Shown: in pieces, positions 9,236 to 19,243 of the stretch
Layout of the letters: every line of letters starts with the position of its first letter
Position numbering within the stretch: the first letter of the stretch is position 1
DNA from: Candidatus Calditenuaceae archaeon
Lineage (GTDB): Archaea; Thermoproteota; Nitrososphaeria_A; Caldarchaeales; Calditenuaceae
Direction: 5' to 3'
Assembly (NCBI GenBank): GCA_025059595.1
Contig: JANXDI010000015.1
Span: forward strand, 25,872 to 89,871
DNA length: 64,000 bases
Program-made: the position numbers and the translations under genes
The notes under the pieces: generated by a model
The model's input: only the letters and a program-made list of their open reading frames with translations
Told to the model about the DNA's origin: nothing
The model's database searches: none

Positions 9236-11326
9236 ATGGGCACACCATCTGCTCCCTTAAGAGGATTAACAACAAGGTCAATATTGATCGGAGTAATCCT
9301 CGTGATATTCGCTCAAGCAATCGGCGATATGACCTGGCTATACACATCGAAAGGCGGCACGATCAATGCGTTCTTCCTGCCGTTCATATACATCGTATTG
9401 TTAAACGAGCTTATAGGCCGATACAACGCGAAGCTCAGGCTGACTGCTCAGGAGCTTGTATGCATCTTCCCAGCTCTCGCCCTTGTAAACAGTATAAAAT
9501 ACTACCCTAAAGGCGCCTTGAGCGGTGGAGAGGCGCTCTCCGGCTATATTGAGAAGACGATCGTCTCAGTTGGGGCAGGGATGAACGACCCGACCACTGG
9601 CGAGTATTGGAGGGCGATGACGCCTCCGTGGATGTTCCCAAAGGATCCGACGATGATTGCGGCGTGGCAGACCGGGTTGACCCCGGGTCAACAGATTCTC
9701 TGGGGCGAGTTCATACCGCCGATACTATACTGGTCACTTTACACGATTCTCATGTACTATCTGGCGCTCTTTCTGGGTTTCGGTCTTTGGGGCAGAAGAT
9801 GGGTCGATGTGGAGCGTCTAATCTTCCCGCTCTCTATCCCGATGATATACATGATTCGGAATGCCACGGACATCGACCCGACCACAAACAAGTCTAGGTG
9901 GTTCAGGATAAGTGAACCCACGCTAAGAGTCTTCTGGGTCGCGTTCTTCATCGGCTTGATAGCCTCTCTCATCCCTGTCTTCGGAGAGATTGTACCGCCG
10001 CTTGCCGTTTTCGGCGCCTTCGCTTGGGGCGAACAGCCTATTCTAATCTTCGGGCTTCCATCGATAATGCCAGGCGCGATGGCGAAGGGAGTTTTCCAAG
10101 TGGACCAAGTGGCCCTCTGGCTGTTACTGCCTAACAACCTCTTGGTAACAGCTGTGCTAGCGTATGTGGTCTTCGGCCTTCTATACCAGTGGATAGGCGT
10201 TATCACTGGTGCGCTTCCCTACAACCCTGGAATGGAATTCCTCTGGAACTGGGAAGACATTCCCGCCAACTGGTTCCCCTTCCCTTACAGGCATGTCGGA
10301 ATACTGGGCATGATGGTTGGGCTAGGCATTATTACGCTGATAACTCTTAGGTCCAGATTCGTTGAGCTTGGCCGTGCTCTTACTGGAAAGTCTGAGGACG
10401 AATATGGCTTATCGACTAGGTCAATAGCTTGGTTTGGCGTGATAGTCGCCATAGCTATCTTAGCACTGTTCACAGCATCGGGAGTACCATTCATAATCGC
10501 TCTCGTCATGCTGATCTTCGCGGTCATTTACTGGAGCGCTTTAGCAAGAGTAACGGCGACGATGTGGTGGCACGTGGACGACTTCGCAAACAATGGCGGA
10601 GTCGGGACATACATCTTCCCGCTTGGAGTAGCCCTAGGTTACTGGCCAGCAACAGTCCCGACCACGGGTACACCAAACTTCGGACTTTTCGCCACTGGAA
10701 TACTCACAATACCCTTCAACAACACATGGACACTTAGGGTAAACGGCTTCGGACCCGGCGCGGCGGTATCTTATTACAAGATAGTAAGAGAGACTGGGAC
10801 AAACGTCAGAGACGCCCTCATAGCTGCAACAACAATTATAGCGGTAGGCGTAGTATTCGGATATACGTGGAGGGTCTGGTTACTCAACCATGGAGGTGGA
10901 CTCGCCAACTCTAACGCATGGTCATGGACAGCTGGAATGAAGTTCGGCAACTTCATCGGAGGAACGGCCTATGTGCCCATAGGCGCCACAGACTGGGGTC
11001 CGGGGCTAACTTACGGACTTGTCGGTATCATAATTGTCGCAGTGGTCTGGTACTTAAGGTCTAAGTTCGCCTGGTTCTTCATAGACCCGACTTCGCTGAC
11101 CATGAGCATGGCGGTGGGGCTGATTTGGACTTGGCTTTCGGGACTTGTGGCTCTGATTATCAAGGTGATAATGATACGGACAATAGGTGTCAGGAGGTTC
11201 GAGGCATACGTCATACCCATAGCCGCGGGAATCTCGCTGGGATTCGGAGCGCCAATCCTCTTAGCAGGGCTCATAGAGTTCTTCGCCGTGGTCCTGCCGA
11301 GATTCTCAGCCCAATTCGTACCTTAA
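9236..11326 (+). CDS. large polytopic membrane protein, unknown family (about 14-16 TM)
   Basis: 696 aa and highly hydrophobic, with Trp/Tyr/Pro-rich loops. It is divergent from the 7198-9105 gene. No AglB WWDYG motif or transporter signature was recognised. Confidence 0.55.
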   Translation: MGTPSAPLRGLTTRSILIGVILVIFAQAIGDMTWLYTSKGGTINAFFLPFIYIVLLNELIGRYNAKLRLTAQELVCIFPALALVNSIKYYPKGALSGGEALSGYIEKTIVSVGAGMNDPTTGEYWRAMTPPWMFPKDPTMIAAWQTGLTPGQQILWGEFIPPILYWSLYTILMYYLALFLGFGLWGRRWVDVERLIFPLSIPMIYMIRNATDIDPTTNKSRWFRISEPTLRVFWVAFFIGLIASLIPVFGEIVPPLAVFGAFAWGEQPILIFGLPSIMPGAMAKGVFQVDQVALWLLLPNNLLVTAVLAYVVFGLLYQWIGVITGALPYNPGMEFLWNWEDIPANWFPFPYRHVGILGMMVGLGIITLITLRSRFVELGRALTGKSEDEYGLSTRSIAWFGVIVAIAILALFTASGVPFIIALVMLIFAVIYWSALARVTATMWWHVDDFANNGGVGTYIFPLGVALGYWPATVPTTGTPNFGLFATGILTIPFNNTWTLRVNGFGPGAAVSYYKIVRETGTNVRDALIAATTIIAVGVVFGYTWRVWLLNHGGGLANSNAWSWTAGMKFGNFIGGTAYVPIGATDWGPGLTYGLVGIIIVAVVWYLRSKFAWFFIDPTSLTMSMAVGLIWTWLSGLVALIIKVIMIRTIGVRRFEAYVIPIAAGISLGFGAPILLAGLIEFFAVVLPRFSAQFVP

Positions 11327-11327
11327 A

Positions 11328-11350
11328 CCCTTTTTTACCCTTTTTTCCCA
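11328..11350 (+). terminator. oligo-T transcription terminator (two T6 tracts inside the direct repeat ccctttttt x2)
   Basis: The sequence cccttttttacccttttttccc follows the TAA of the 9236-11326 gene immediately. Archaeal termination occurs at oligo-T tracts. Confidence 0.45.
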
Positions 11351-11368
11351 TTAACTTTTAGATCAAAG

Positions 11369-12004
11369 TTGAGTGAGCTAGAAATAATCAAGCTTGCACT
11401 CAAAGACAATGTGGAGAATATTGCTTGGGACATCGACGGCTGGATGATTCTTTTAAAAGACTCGAGGCTCAGAAGCTTGAAGGTGTCTAGACGGCTTGTT
11501 GGAATATCTTTCGACTGGGAATGGCATTTCGTCGCTCCCATAATTCTTCGCGAAGAGGTGGGGGAGGAGGACGTTAAGCTTTACAGAGAAATGAAACGGA
11601 GGGAGGTGCAAATAAAGAGACGAGGAGTCATCAGGTATTCATACGAGTGGGTAACTTCAGAACTTCTCACCAAAGTCTTTCCAGAAGTTACGCCAACGGA
11701 GGACTTGAAGACGCAATTAAATAAAGACGGCGAGCTTCAGCGTCTGCTCAGACGGTCCTCCATAGATGAGTTACACGTAAACACTTACTTCGAGCTGGGT
11801 GGATTTGGCTCCCCAGATGAGGCTCTCAGAAAATACTTCGAGTCTCCGGTGAAGGTGGGATGGCTCATAACTGCGATTAAGGGGCCCGGCTCGGAGTGGC
11901 GTTTCGGCCCCATCGTAAAGAGGATCTACGAGCTTCTGAACTATCTCGCAGAAGAGCTTTTCAAGTTTACTGAGGAACTGGAGACGAAAGTCTCCTCACT
12001 GTGA
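11369..12004 (+). CDS. hypothetical soluble protein
   Basis: 211 aa with no recognisable motif. It converges on the GT-C gene and overlaps it by 9 bp. Confidence 0.45.
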   Translation: MSELEIIKLALKDNVENIAWDIDGWMILLKDSRLRSLKVSRRLVGISFDWEWHFVAPIILREEVGEEDVKLYREMKRREVQIKRRGVIRYSYEWVTSELLTKVFPEVTPTEDLKTQLNKDGELQRLLRRSSIDELHVNTYFELGGFGSPDEALRKYFESPVKVGWLITAIKGPGSEWRFGPIVKRIYELLNYLAEELFKFTEELETKVSSL

Positions 12005-13549
12005 TATCATGCATATTTCTATATCTCTTACCCTGGTGAGGCAGTTAGAATGTTGATAGATTTTGTAGAGATTCTCATCAGTTAGCTGCCATCTCGCTCG
12101 CCAATCAATTATAATAAAGCGGCTTGTGAGAATGTCCCCTGTAATTTTTTCTTGTACCTTCTCATTATATATCGGCCACGAATCGTAAAGATCTCCTGAA
12201 AGATATTTCAAGAGCGCTTCAAAGAGCTTGTTACGCCCAAGGTTCATGCCTTCGAACATCATATAGCCGTACGAGTCTATTACGGTGTTCGACGGATAGG
12301 TTCCGGATAGGAAGGTGTAGATCGGTTCGAAGGCTATTATACTCGACCCTGTTGCACCGAGTTCTGTGAGCCTCCTCGAGACCTCCATGGGAGTGTCATC
12401 TCTCGCAGACGGTGGGTAAACAACGGAGATAATACCTGTCTGTAGTATAAGCATTGAGACTAGCCAGACAGGCAGTATTTTGGTCGGGAAGAGGTAGGCG
12501 GCTGAGGCCTTCCAGGGCGGAGTCTTCAGCTTCAACGCGTATTCTAAGGGCATGGCGGCAACGTAGGATAGTGGCGTTATCAGGTGTTGTATGTAGTGTC
12601 CGAAGAAGGTTTTAGTAGTTGAGAAGGCTAAGAGGTACGCCAGACTCCACATAATCCAGATATATGCTTCACGTGGAACGGTTTTTGAGCGAACCAGCCG
12701 CGGGGTTAGAAGAATGGCGATGATAAGAGCTGGAGCTCCTGCCCAAACGACACCTAGGTCAAGAAAAGATGTCAGAACCCACCTTAACCGCTCACTATGA
12801 GGGACGCCATCCGGTGGCCGAACGACGTGGAAGAGAACTGTTTGTCTGAGGTAAAGGTCTGCGTCTGCGAGAAGATATCGCGCACTGACCAGCAGGTAGG
12901 TGGACACGGCAGCCGCGGCAATAATTAGGGTAACGCGTATTCTCCTGAAAATAATTGAGTGTAGAAGCATCGCTGCGATTCCGAAAAGGCTTGAAATTTT
13001 AGAAGATAAAGCCAACCCTAAGGCTAATCCTGAAAGAGCAGAGGTGAAAAACTCCTGACTAGTACTACGGCACCTGACTAGTAATACGTAGCAGAGTAAT
13101 GAGACGGAGAGGAAGAAGTCGACATAGGGTTCAAGCATAACCATCCGCGAGTTGTAGGCGGCAAATCCATCGAAGGCTAGGAACGCTGTGCCGGCAAGCG
13201 CAGCCGCTTTTCCTAAGGATAGATATGCCGCAGCAGCCAGCGCGACTAGCGTCAAGGAGCTCAACGTGGCTGAGATCATTCTTGCATGCGTGTATGCTTG
13301 GCCTCCACCCTCACCGACAACCAATCCCAGCATGTGAAGAGATAGGGGAGGATGAGCGAAAAAGAAGTCCACATAGGGAGTGTAGCCCTTAGTCAGCAAG
13401 AGAGAGGCTGAGAGGTGGACACCCTCGTCGTAGTCATGCCAAGCGCTCCCCGAATCTAGATTTGATAGTCTTATGAGTGAGCCGGCGAGAATCAAGCCGG
13501 CGAGCGTGAGAAGATACAGTGCGATATCGGCATCGATTTTCTTCTCCAT
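11996..13549 (-). CDS. GT-C fold glycosyltransferase (PMT_2 / ArnT / family 39-like dolichyl-phosphate-sugar transferase)
   Basis: 517 aa polytopic protein. Its first extracytoplasmic loop carries the DE motif (HDYDEGVH) and an N-terminal hydrophobic core typical of PMT/ArnT-like GT-C enzymes. Confidence 0.65.
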   Translation of the reverse strand: MEKKIDADIALYLLTLAGLILAGSLIRLSNLDSGSAWHDYDEGVHLSASLLLTKGYTPYVDFFFAHPPLSLHMLGLVVGEGGGQAYTHARMISATLSSLTLVALAAAAYLSLGKAAALAGTAFLAFDGFAAYNSRMVMLEPYVDFFLSVSLLCYVLLVRCRSTSQEFFTSALSGLALGLALSSKISSLFGIAAMLLHSIIFRRIRVTLIIAAAAVSTYLLVSARYLLADADLYLRQTVLFHVVRPPDGVPHSERLRWVLTSFLDLGVVWAGAPALIIAILLTPRLVRSKTVPREAYIWIMWSLAYLLAFSTTKTFFGHYIQHLITPLSYVAAMPLEYALKLKTPPWKASAAYLFPTKILPVWLVSMLILQTGIISVVYPPSARDDTPMEVSRRLTELGATGSSIIAFEPIYTFLSGTYPSNTVIDSYGYMMFEGMNLGRNKLFEALLKYLSGDLYDSWPIYNEKVQEKITGDILTSRFIIIDWRARWQLTDENLYKIYQHSNCLTRVRDIEICMISQ

Positions 13550-13593
13550 TTAGCTAATGAGATATCGGATGTTGACACTAATATATGTAAAGA

Positions 13594-16500
13594 GTGGATA
13601 AAACTTATACACCTCTGACGATAAGTGGAAGTAGATTGAGTTACCGTTCAGCCGCCTTGGCGATTATGTCGCTGATGGTGCCTTTGATGCTACTCGGAGG
13701 ATTAGCAGTTTCGGCCCATGGTCAGGGATCTGACTCCCTGCTTATCATGGTGGTCGAGGAAGATAATACACGGGTCAGAGACGGGCTAAAATTCACTCTC
13801 TATGGCCCTGCAGGCGTTCCTCAACATATTGAGACGAAAGAGGGGTTCTTGGTTGTGCCGGTGGCGGCGTGGTCTCGCATCGTGGGCCCCGTCGTTGATG
13901 GCGGAGAAGAATACATTCCGATCGACTTGTGGATTCTTGAGCCCATAGGGGAGCAGCAGCCCATCGTTCTCAAAAGAGCGAGGGTCTTAAGGCTGGTCGA
14001 GCTTTACCCTTGGATTGATGGAAGGCCGGTAAAGGCCCACTACAGGCTTGAATTGGAGAAGGCGGGGCCTAGCTATCCAGATGTTATTAGCTGGAGTCAC
14101 GGCATCGACGGGCTTAAGGAGCTGGTAGGGCTGAGTGAAGGTGAGATTCTGGTACCCCTTATGCCAGGCTTCAGACTTGTCGGCGAGTTTGAGGTTTTAG
14201 GTGGTGATGTCAGCTGGACCGCGGAACTCACTAACTTGGTAAGGGAGGCTCAGCAAATATCTCTGCTTCAGGTAATTTATCCACATGCCTTAGCAGCTGT
14301 CGAGGGTGTTTCCACGACCACAAGGTATGGTCTTGAGAGGCTGGCAGAGTCTGGAATCTACTTGGGCTACCAGCTTAGTAAGCTGCGAACCGCTGAGCAG
14401 AAGCTGAGTGAGTCGAAGGAGGCGTTTGAGAGAGGCCTGTTGGCTGAGGCCTATCACCTGTTAAGGAAAGCCTATGTAGATGTGGTTGGTGTAAACTCAG
14501 TACTATCAAGTTATGGTGAGGGCTGGACATCGGGTGGAGTTTTACTCCCACTCTTCATGGTTTTGGGAGCGCTCACGCTGAGTCACCTAGTCTTGAGTGA
14601 GAAACGCTCTGTCGTGCTGGCGGGCTTATCATTCTTGAGCATAGTAACATTCGGCTACATGGCGGCAACATTTCCAGCCATGCTACCAAGCGACGCGTGG
14701 GGCTGGTCCATACTATTATACAGCGTTCTTATCACGTTGGGGCTAATCTGGAGCATACCTTCGCTAAGCCTCGAGGTTAAGACGTATCGCGGAGTAGCAT
14801 TACTCGCAGCCTCCACGCTAGCTTTCAGCGTCGCGAAGAGGTTCCTCAAAACTAGACCCCTCAGAACATGGATGATGGTTGCAATGGCCACAATAACTGT
14901 CTCCTCGACGCTCCTGCTTCTCAACACGAGCCTGGAGGGCAATGTTTTCGTCTCCAGCCCCCTAGAGAGGGTCAGCCCGCCTGGAATCATACACATAGTC
15001 GCATACAGCAGAGACTATAGATACGACAATCCCGCCCATATTGAAACCAGATACACAGACTTCATCAGAAGCCTCGGGTTGAAGGTCGGCCTCAGGGCGG
15101 AGACACCCATAGCACCACCCAGTGGCCGCGAATACTTCATAAATTATAGAAGCTATTACCTAAGAGGCGTAATAGGGGTAGACGGGGAGACGCCTCTCAG
15201 CCGGCAACTTAGCGGGTGTATTGTTGAGGGTAATTTGGAGGGTATTAGAAGCGGTTCGCAAGCCGCCATAATCTCTAGCGACTTGGCGGCGAATATCGGA
15301 GAGACCGTCGGCTCTGAGATAGACGTGAATGGTTTGCCGCTTAAGGTGGTTGGTATATTGAGCACCGACTGCCCCACCTACATCAAGGATGTTGACGGCT
15401 ACTTTGTGTCAACTCTCGTTCAGCCTCCGATGTCTACCGTAACGCCCGCAGGCTGGTCAAACATCGTGATAACAGGGTTTGAAGAGGCGCGGAGGCTTGG
15501 TGCCATTCCGACCAAAATATACGCCACAGGGGGTGGCGACAGGGAGATTTACAGGCTCGCTGAGACAATAAGCCTACACACAAATCTCAAAGTGAGTGTA
15601 ATCGAGTCCGATGGCCGTGTCTTTGTTTTCAATTTCGTGGGCTTAACTGGCATCTCGGGAGGCGAGGTTCTGATAGTTGCGGGCATCGCTTTTCTGAATC
15701 TCTTAGTGGCCTCGCTTGCCAATTATTATGAGAGGAGGGGCGAATTCTTTACGATGTCAACGCTTGGGCTTAACCCTGGGCATATTCTTCTGTTGAGCGC
15801 AGCCGAGGCCCTTCTCTTAAGCATCGTCGCCTCATACTTGGGCATACTTGTTACGCTGGGCGTCCTCGGGATTGCGCCTAGAGTCGCTCCCATTCCAATA
15901 GACTTCAAGCTGTCACCTGAAAGCGCGTTTGGCGTTCTCGTATTGTCATCGGTCATCTTCGTCTCCTCACACCTCTTCTCCGTCCGCAAAAGCATCATCC
16001 TCTCGACGCCGGCCCAGACGTGGAAGTGGGCCTTGACCAAGACTTTGGATGAGGAGGGCTACTGGACTATTGATTTGCCGGCCAGAGTCAAGGCTTCTAA
16101 AATAAGGCACTTCATTACCTACATGAGTTCGAGGCTTAGCGAATACAGCTACACCACCACAGTGAACATCAACGTCCTAGGAATCGAAGAGAGGCCTGAT
16201 TTAGATGTATACAGGTTAAAGTTCATCTACTCATCCACGGAGCAGAGGGCGTTCAGGGCTATTTGTATGCTTGAAGTCTGCAGGCAAGGGGAATGGTCCT
16301 CTGTTCTTCTGAGGACGAAGATCGAGGCGCAAGATGCGAGGTTTGTTGACCAATACATTAGAGAGGTTGCTCAACTCATACGCCAGTTCATAATCGAATA
16401 CACTTCTTTGACCATCAGGATACTTGTGCCTTTCGGCCGAGACACCGCTTATCTCCAGCCGCTCCTCTCCGTTTATAATCCGAGCGAGGTTAAACTTGTC

Positions 16501-16791
16501 TGGCGCGGCGACTCCGAGGAGGGTCTTCAGAGGGCGGTGGAGCTGCTTGAGAGAAATACGGTTAGGGTGGATGTGGTTAGGCTGGGGTCTTCGGACTCGC
16601 TGGTTTCGGATACAAGGGCTGTCATAGAAGCGGCCCGCGGGTGCGACCTAATCTGCATCTCTTCCGATGATGGCTATCTATCATCAATAGCCCTGCTGAC
16701 GGCCCAGCGCCTCGATAAGAGGATATGCATCGTCCGAGACTCGAATGTTGTTGAAGCAACTCCCACGAGCCTGTTTGAGCAGCTCCGCTAG
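13594..16791 (+). CDS. giant membrane protein with MacB-like periplasmic core plus an FtsX permease domain, an N-terminal extracytoplasmic region (about 300 aa) and a C-terminal cytoplasmic region (about 300 aa)
   Basis: 1065 aa. It has a signal/TM segment, a MacB_PCD-like segment (AAIISSDLAANIGETVGSEIDVNGLPLKVVGIL) and an FtsX TM bundle (GISGGEVLIVAGIAFLNLLVASLANYYERRGEFFTMSTLGLNP...). The tail of about 300 aa has no recognisable domain. Confidence 0.6.
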   Translation: MDKTYTPLTISGSRLSYRSAALAIMSLMVPLMLLGGLAVSAHGQGSDSLLIMVVEEDNTRVRDGLKFTLYGPAGVPQHIETKEGFLVVPVAAWSRIVGPVVDGGEEYIPIDLWILEPIGEQQPIVLKRARVLRLVELYPWIDGRPVKAHYRLELEKAGPSYPDVISWSHGIDGLKELVGLSEGEILVPLMPGFRLVGEFEVLGGDVSWTAELTNLVREAQQISLLQVIYPHALAAVEGVSTTTRYGLERLAESGIYLGYQLSKLRTAEQKLSESKEAFERGLLAEAYHLLRKAYVDVVGVNSVLSSYGEGWTSGGVLLPLFMVLGALTLSHLVLSEKRSVVLAGLSFLSIVTFGYMAATFPAMLPSDAWGWSILLYSVLITLGLIWSIPSLSLEVKTYRGVALLAASTLAFSVAKRFLKTRPLRTWMMVAMATITVSSTLLLLNTSLEGNVFVSSPLERVSPPGIIHIVAYSRDYRYDNPAHIETRYTDFIRSLGLKVGLRAETPIAPPSGREYFINYRSYYLRGVIGVDGETPLSRQLSGCIVEGNLEGIRSGSQAAIISSDLAANIGETVGSEIDVNGLPLKVVGILSTDCPTYIKDVDGYFVSTLVQPPMSTVTPAGWSNIVITGFEEARRLGAIPTKIYATGGGDREIYRLAETISLHTNLKVSVIESDGRVFVFNFVGLTGISGGEVLIVAGIAFLNLLVASLANYYERRGEFFTMSTLGLNPGHILLLSAAEALLLSIVASYLGILVTLGVLGIAPRVAPIPIDFKLSPESAFGVLVLSSVIFVSSHLFSVRKSIILSTPAQTWKWALTKTLDEEGYWTIDLPARVKASKIRHFITYMSSRLSEYSYTTTVNINVLGIEERPDLDVYRLKFIYSSTEQRAFRAICMLEVCRQGEWSSVLLRTKIEAQDARFVDQYIREVAQLIRQFIIEYTSLTIRILVPFGRDTAYLQPLLSVYNPSEVKLVWRGDSEEGLQRAVELLERNTVRVDVVRLGSSDSLVSDTRAVIEAARGCDLICISSDDGYLSSIALLTAQRLDKRICIVRDSNVVEATPTSLFEQLR

Positions 16792-16792
16792 G

Positions 16793-17767
16793 CTATGCGG
16801 CCTGCTTAATTGCCTCGACAATCCGCGGAATAGTCTCTCGAATCTCTCGGACCGGTAGGGGCTGAAAAACTAAATGTTCAACCCCCGCGTCTATGTATTC
16901 CCCTATCCTTTGAGCCGCATCCTCAATGGACCCGACGATGTTAAGCTCCCGAACGACCTCTGGGGGCACATCACTGACGGAGCTGATGCCCGTGAAACCC
17001 ATCTTTCTAGTCCGCGCCGAGCCGAACCAAAGCGCGGTCTGGGCGAGCAGGGGGATGGCTTTTTTCACCGCCTCCCCTCTCCTCTTAGAGACCACGATGA
17101 AAGCCATGCATCCTTTCACTATTTCTCGAGGCTTCCTTCCCGCCCTTTCAGCCGTAGCGTTAAGCGTCTCCGCCTCTGAGGAGTATATCTTGGGGGGGAC
17201 GCATATTGGGAGCCAGCCATCCGCCACCTCCGCGATTGCCCTGATGGTTCTGTCGAGATTTGCCGCGGCCCAGATTGGGGGGTGTGGTCTCTGACGAGGC
17301 TTCACAGGCAGCCCCGATGTATTTACGCTGAAGTATTTTGCCTTGAATTTAACTTCTCCTCCGCGTAGAAGCTTTTTCAGCAAGCTCGCGAACTCAAGGA
17401 ACCTCTCAGCAACATCCTTGGTGGCCGGAAACCCCCACTCGGGGCTGGGGCAACAGCTGCCGACTCCAGCAACAATTCTCCCCCCAGATAGATGGTCCAG
17501 CGATATCAGCGATAACGCTGTGTTGACTGGGTGCTTTCTATACGTGGCGAGCACGGCGCTCCCGATTGAGACTTTCCGAGTTGCTCTGGACATCTCTGCC
17601 ATGCAGAGGAAGGGGTCGAAGGTTTCCTTCTGAAAAACACCGACGAGGTCGTCGTTCACCCACACGCTATCTAGCTTAGCCCTCTCAACATCACGCGATA
17701 TCTGTGAGGAGGCCTCGAGCGAGAAGTTTGGGAAGGATATACCGAACTTTACACTTGGACGTGGCAC
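16793..17767 (-). CDS. LLM-class (luciferase-like) F420/flavin-dependent oxidoreductase
   Basis: 324 aa TIM-barrel luciferase-like monooxygenase with the signature family architecture (MPRPSVKFGISFPNF..., SGGRIVAGVG). Confidence 0.75.
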   Translation of the reverse strand: MPRPSVKFGISFPNFSLEASSQISRDVERAKLDSVWVNDDLVGVFQKETFDPFLCMAEMSRATRKVSIGSAVLATYRKHPVNTALSLISLDHLSGGRIVAGVGSCCPSPEWGFPATKDVAERFLEFASLLKKLLRGGEVKFKAKYFSVNTSGLPVKPRQRPHPPIWAAANLDRTIRAIAEVADGWLPICVPPKIYSSEAETLNATAERAGRKPREIVKGCMAFIVVSKRRGEAVKKAIPLLAQTALWFGSARTRKMGFTGISSVSDVPPEVVRELNIVGSIEDAAQRIGEYIDAGVEHLVFQPLPVREIRETIPRIVEAIKQAA

Positions 17768-17804
17768 AGAGTAAGTGCGGCGCGGCGAGATAAAAGAGCT
17801 CTGT

Positions 17805-18638
17805 TTAAACTCCCTTGACGAGAGGGGTGATATAGTCGAGGCTCTCCTTCACACTCTCCTCGGGAGTCTTATCCGAATAATCCTGCTCAACCACAAGCCA
17901 TTCAACCTTCCCATAAGTCCTCAAGACCTTAATTATCGCGGGGAAATCTATTACACCCCTCCCAAGCTCGGTAGTCAACTCCCACCACCTCTTCAACCGT
18001 CCTCCCTCTCCTGCGAACGTTTTAATATCTTTCAAATGAACGTAAGTTATTCTGTCGAGATATTTGTGAATCGTTTGGAGGGGGTCCATCCCCGCCAGCG
18101 CGAGGTGGGCTGTGTCTGGGCAGAAGCCAAGTAGCTCAGGCTCGATGCACGTGAGCACTTGATCAAGCTCTTCTTTAGTCTCTACGAGCGTGTCATAGTG
18201 GTTGTGGAGCACGGGTTTTACTCCGTGGTCTACGAATATTTTAGAGACGTCTTTAAGGGTCTTGACCAGCTCGTCGAGCAGCTTGAAGACTTGGGTGGGG
18301 GCTAAGCCCTCGCTCAACCCTCCGCGAGGGGGCCCTATCACGACGTAGCGGCAGCCCATTTTACTGTAAGCCTCAGCCAACGCTGAAGACTGGGATAGAA
18401 TGCTGGCCCTATCTTCACTCCTATGAAAGTCGGCGGACCAGTAGATTCCGGATAGCTTCAGGCCTCTTCTCTCAACGTCTTGGGCGAGGCTCTCGTAGCC
18501 GTAGTTTCTCTCTTGTCTATGTCTCTGGAGCTCAGATTCTGCGAACTCGACACCCTCGAAGCCGATGCTTCTGGTATAGGTTAGGAATTCCCCTATAGGT
18601 CTTCGCATGAAGATTAGCCTTTCAAGTGAGAGCTTCAT
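17805..18638 (-). CDS. sugar phosphate isomerase/epimerase (xylose isomerase-like TIM barrel)
   Basis: 277 aa. A second xylose-isomerase-like TIM barrel paralog (GFEGVEF, VHLKD motif). Confidence 0.75.
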   Translation of the reverse strand: MKLSLERLIFMRRPIGEFLTYTRSIGFEGVEFAESELQRHRQERNYGYESLAQDVERRGLKLSGIYWSADFHRSEDRASILSQSSALAEAYSKMGCRYVVIGPPRGGLSEGLAPTQVFKLLDELVKTLKDVSKIFVDHGVKPVLHNHYDTLVETKEELDQVLTCIEPELLGFCPDTAHLALAGMDPLQTIHKYLDRITYVHLKDIKTFAGEGGRLKRWWELTTELGRGVIDFPAIIKVLRTYGKVEWLVVEQDYSDKTPEESVKESLDYITPLVKGV

Positions 18639-19234
18639 ATCTCGACGCGGAAGGCCTCCGCTGCGCTCATTTTTGAGGCGTGGTAAGAGGGGTAAGAGGT
18701 GGCAATCAAGGATAGCAGGGCGGCGTACATCAGTCCCTGACCCATGATGGAGAGATACTCCGTTACCGGAACCAGCATTATGTCTGACGCCCTCCCATAA
18801 GCGACCAATAGTCCCACGCCGAGGCCGGAGCCTATTAAGACTCCGAGGGCGCCACCAATAATTCCTATTATGAGCGACTCTATGAGGTAGAGAAGAAGGA
18901 TGTGCCGGTCAGCGGCCCCAAGTGTCTTAATCGTGGCGATTTCCCTGTAGCGCTCAGCGACTGAAATGAGTAGGGAGTTGAATACTCCCAAACCCGCGAC
19001 CAGCAGAGCTACGAAAATTAGCCAAAACTGGTATGCCGCGAACTCTGTGCCTGCAGCAGCGCGATTGACCGCGCTGAGCGTCAAGATTACAGTCATAAAC
19101 GCGATAGCGAGAAGAACGGAGAGCATCGTGAGAAGTGTGCGGCTAAACCTCTTCCTAATATTGAGAGACACCAGCCTCAGGAGCTCGGTCGCGGGGAAGG
19201 AGACACGCCCGTATTTCCTCTCCTCAACCATCAC
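18635..19234 (-). CDS. minimal FtsX-family permease (TM bundle only, no extracytoplasmic domain)
   Basis: 199 aa. One N-terminal TM helix is followed directly by the FtsX core (SVAERYREIATIKTLGAADRHILLLYLIESLIIGIIGGALGVLIG). It overlaps the downstream TIM-barrel gene by 4 bp and lies 10 bp from the upstream PqqD-like gene. Confidence 0.7.
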   Translation of the reverse strand: MMVEERKYGRVSFPATELLRLVSLNIRKRFSRTLLTMLSVLLAIAFMTVILTLSAVNRAAAGTEFAAYQFWLIFVALLVAGLGVFNSLLISVAERYREIATIKTLGAADRHILLLYLIESLIIGIIGGALGVLIGSGLGVGLLVAYGRASDIMLVPVTEYLSIMGQGLMYAALLSLIATSYPSYHASKMSAAEAFRVEI

Positions 19235-19243
19235 TTATCGATT

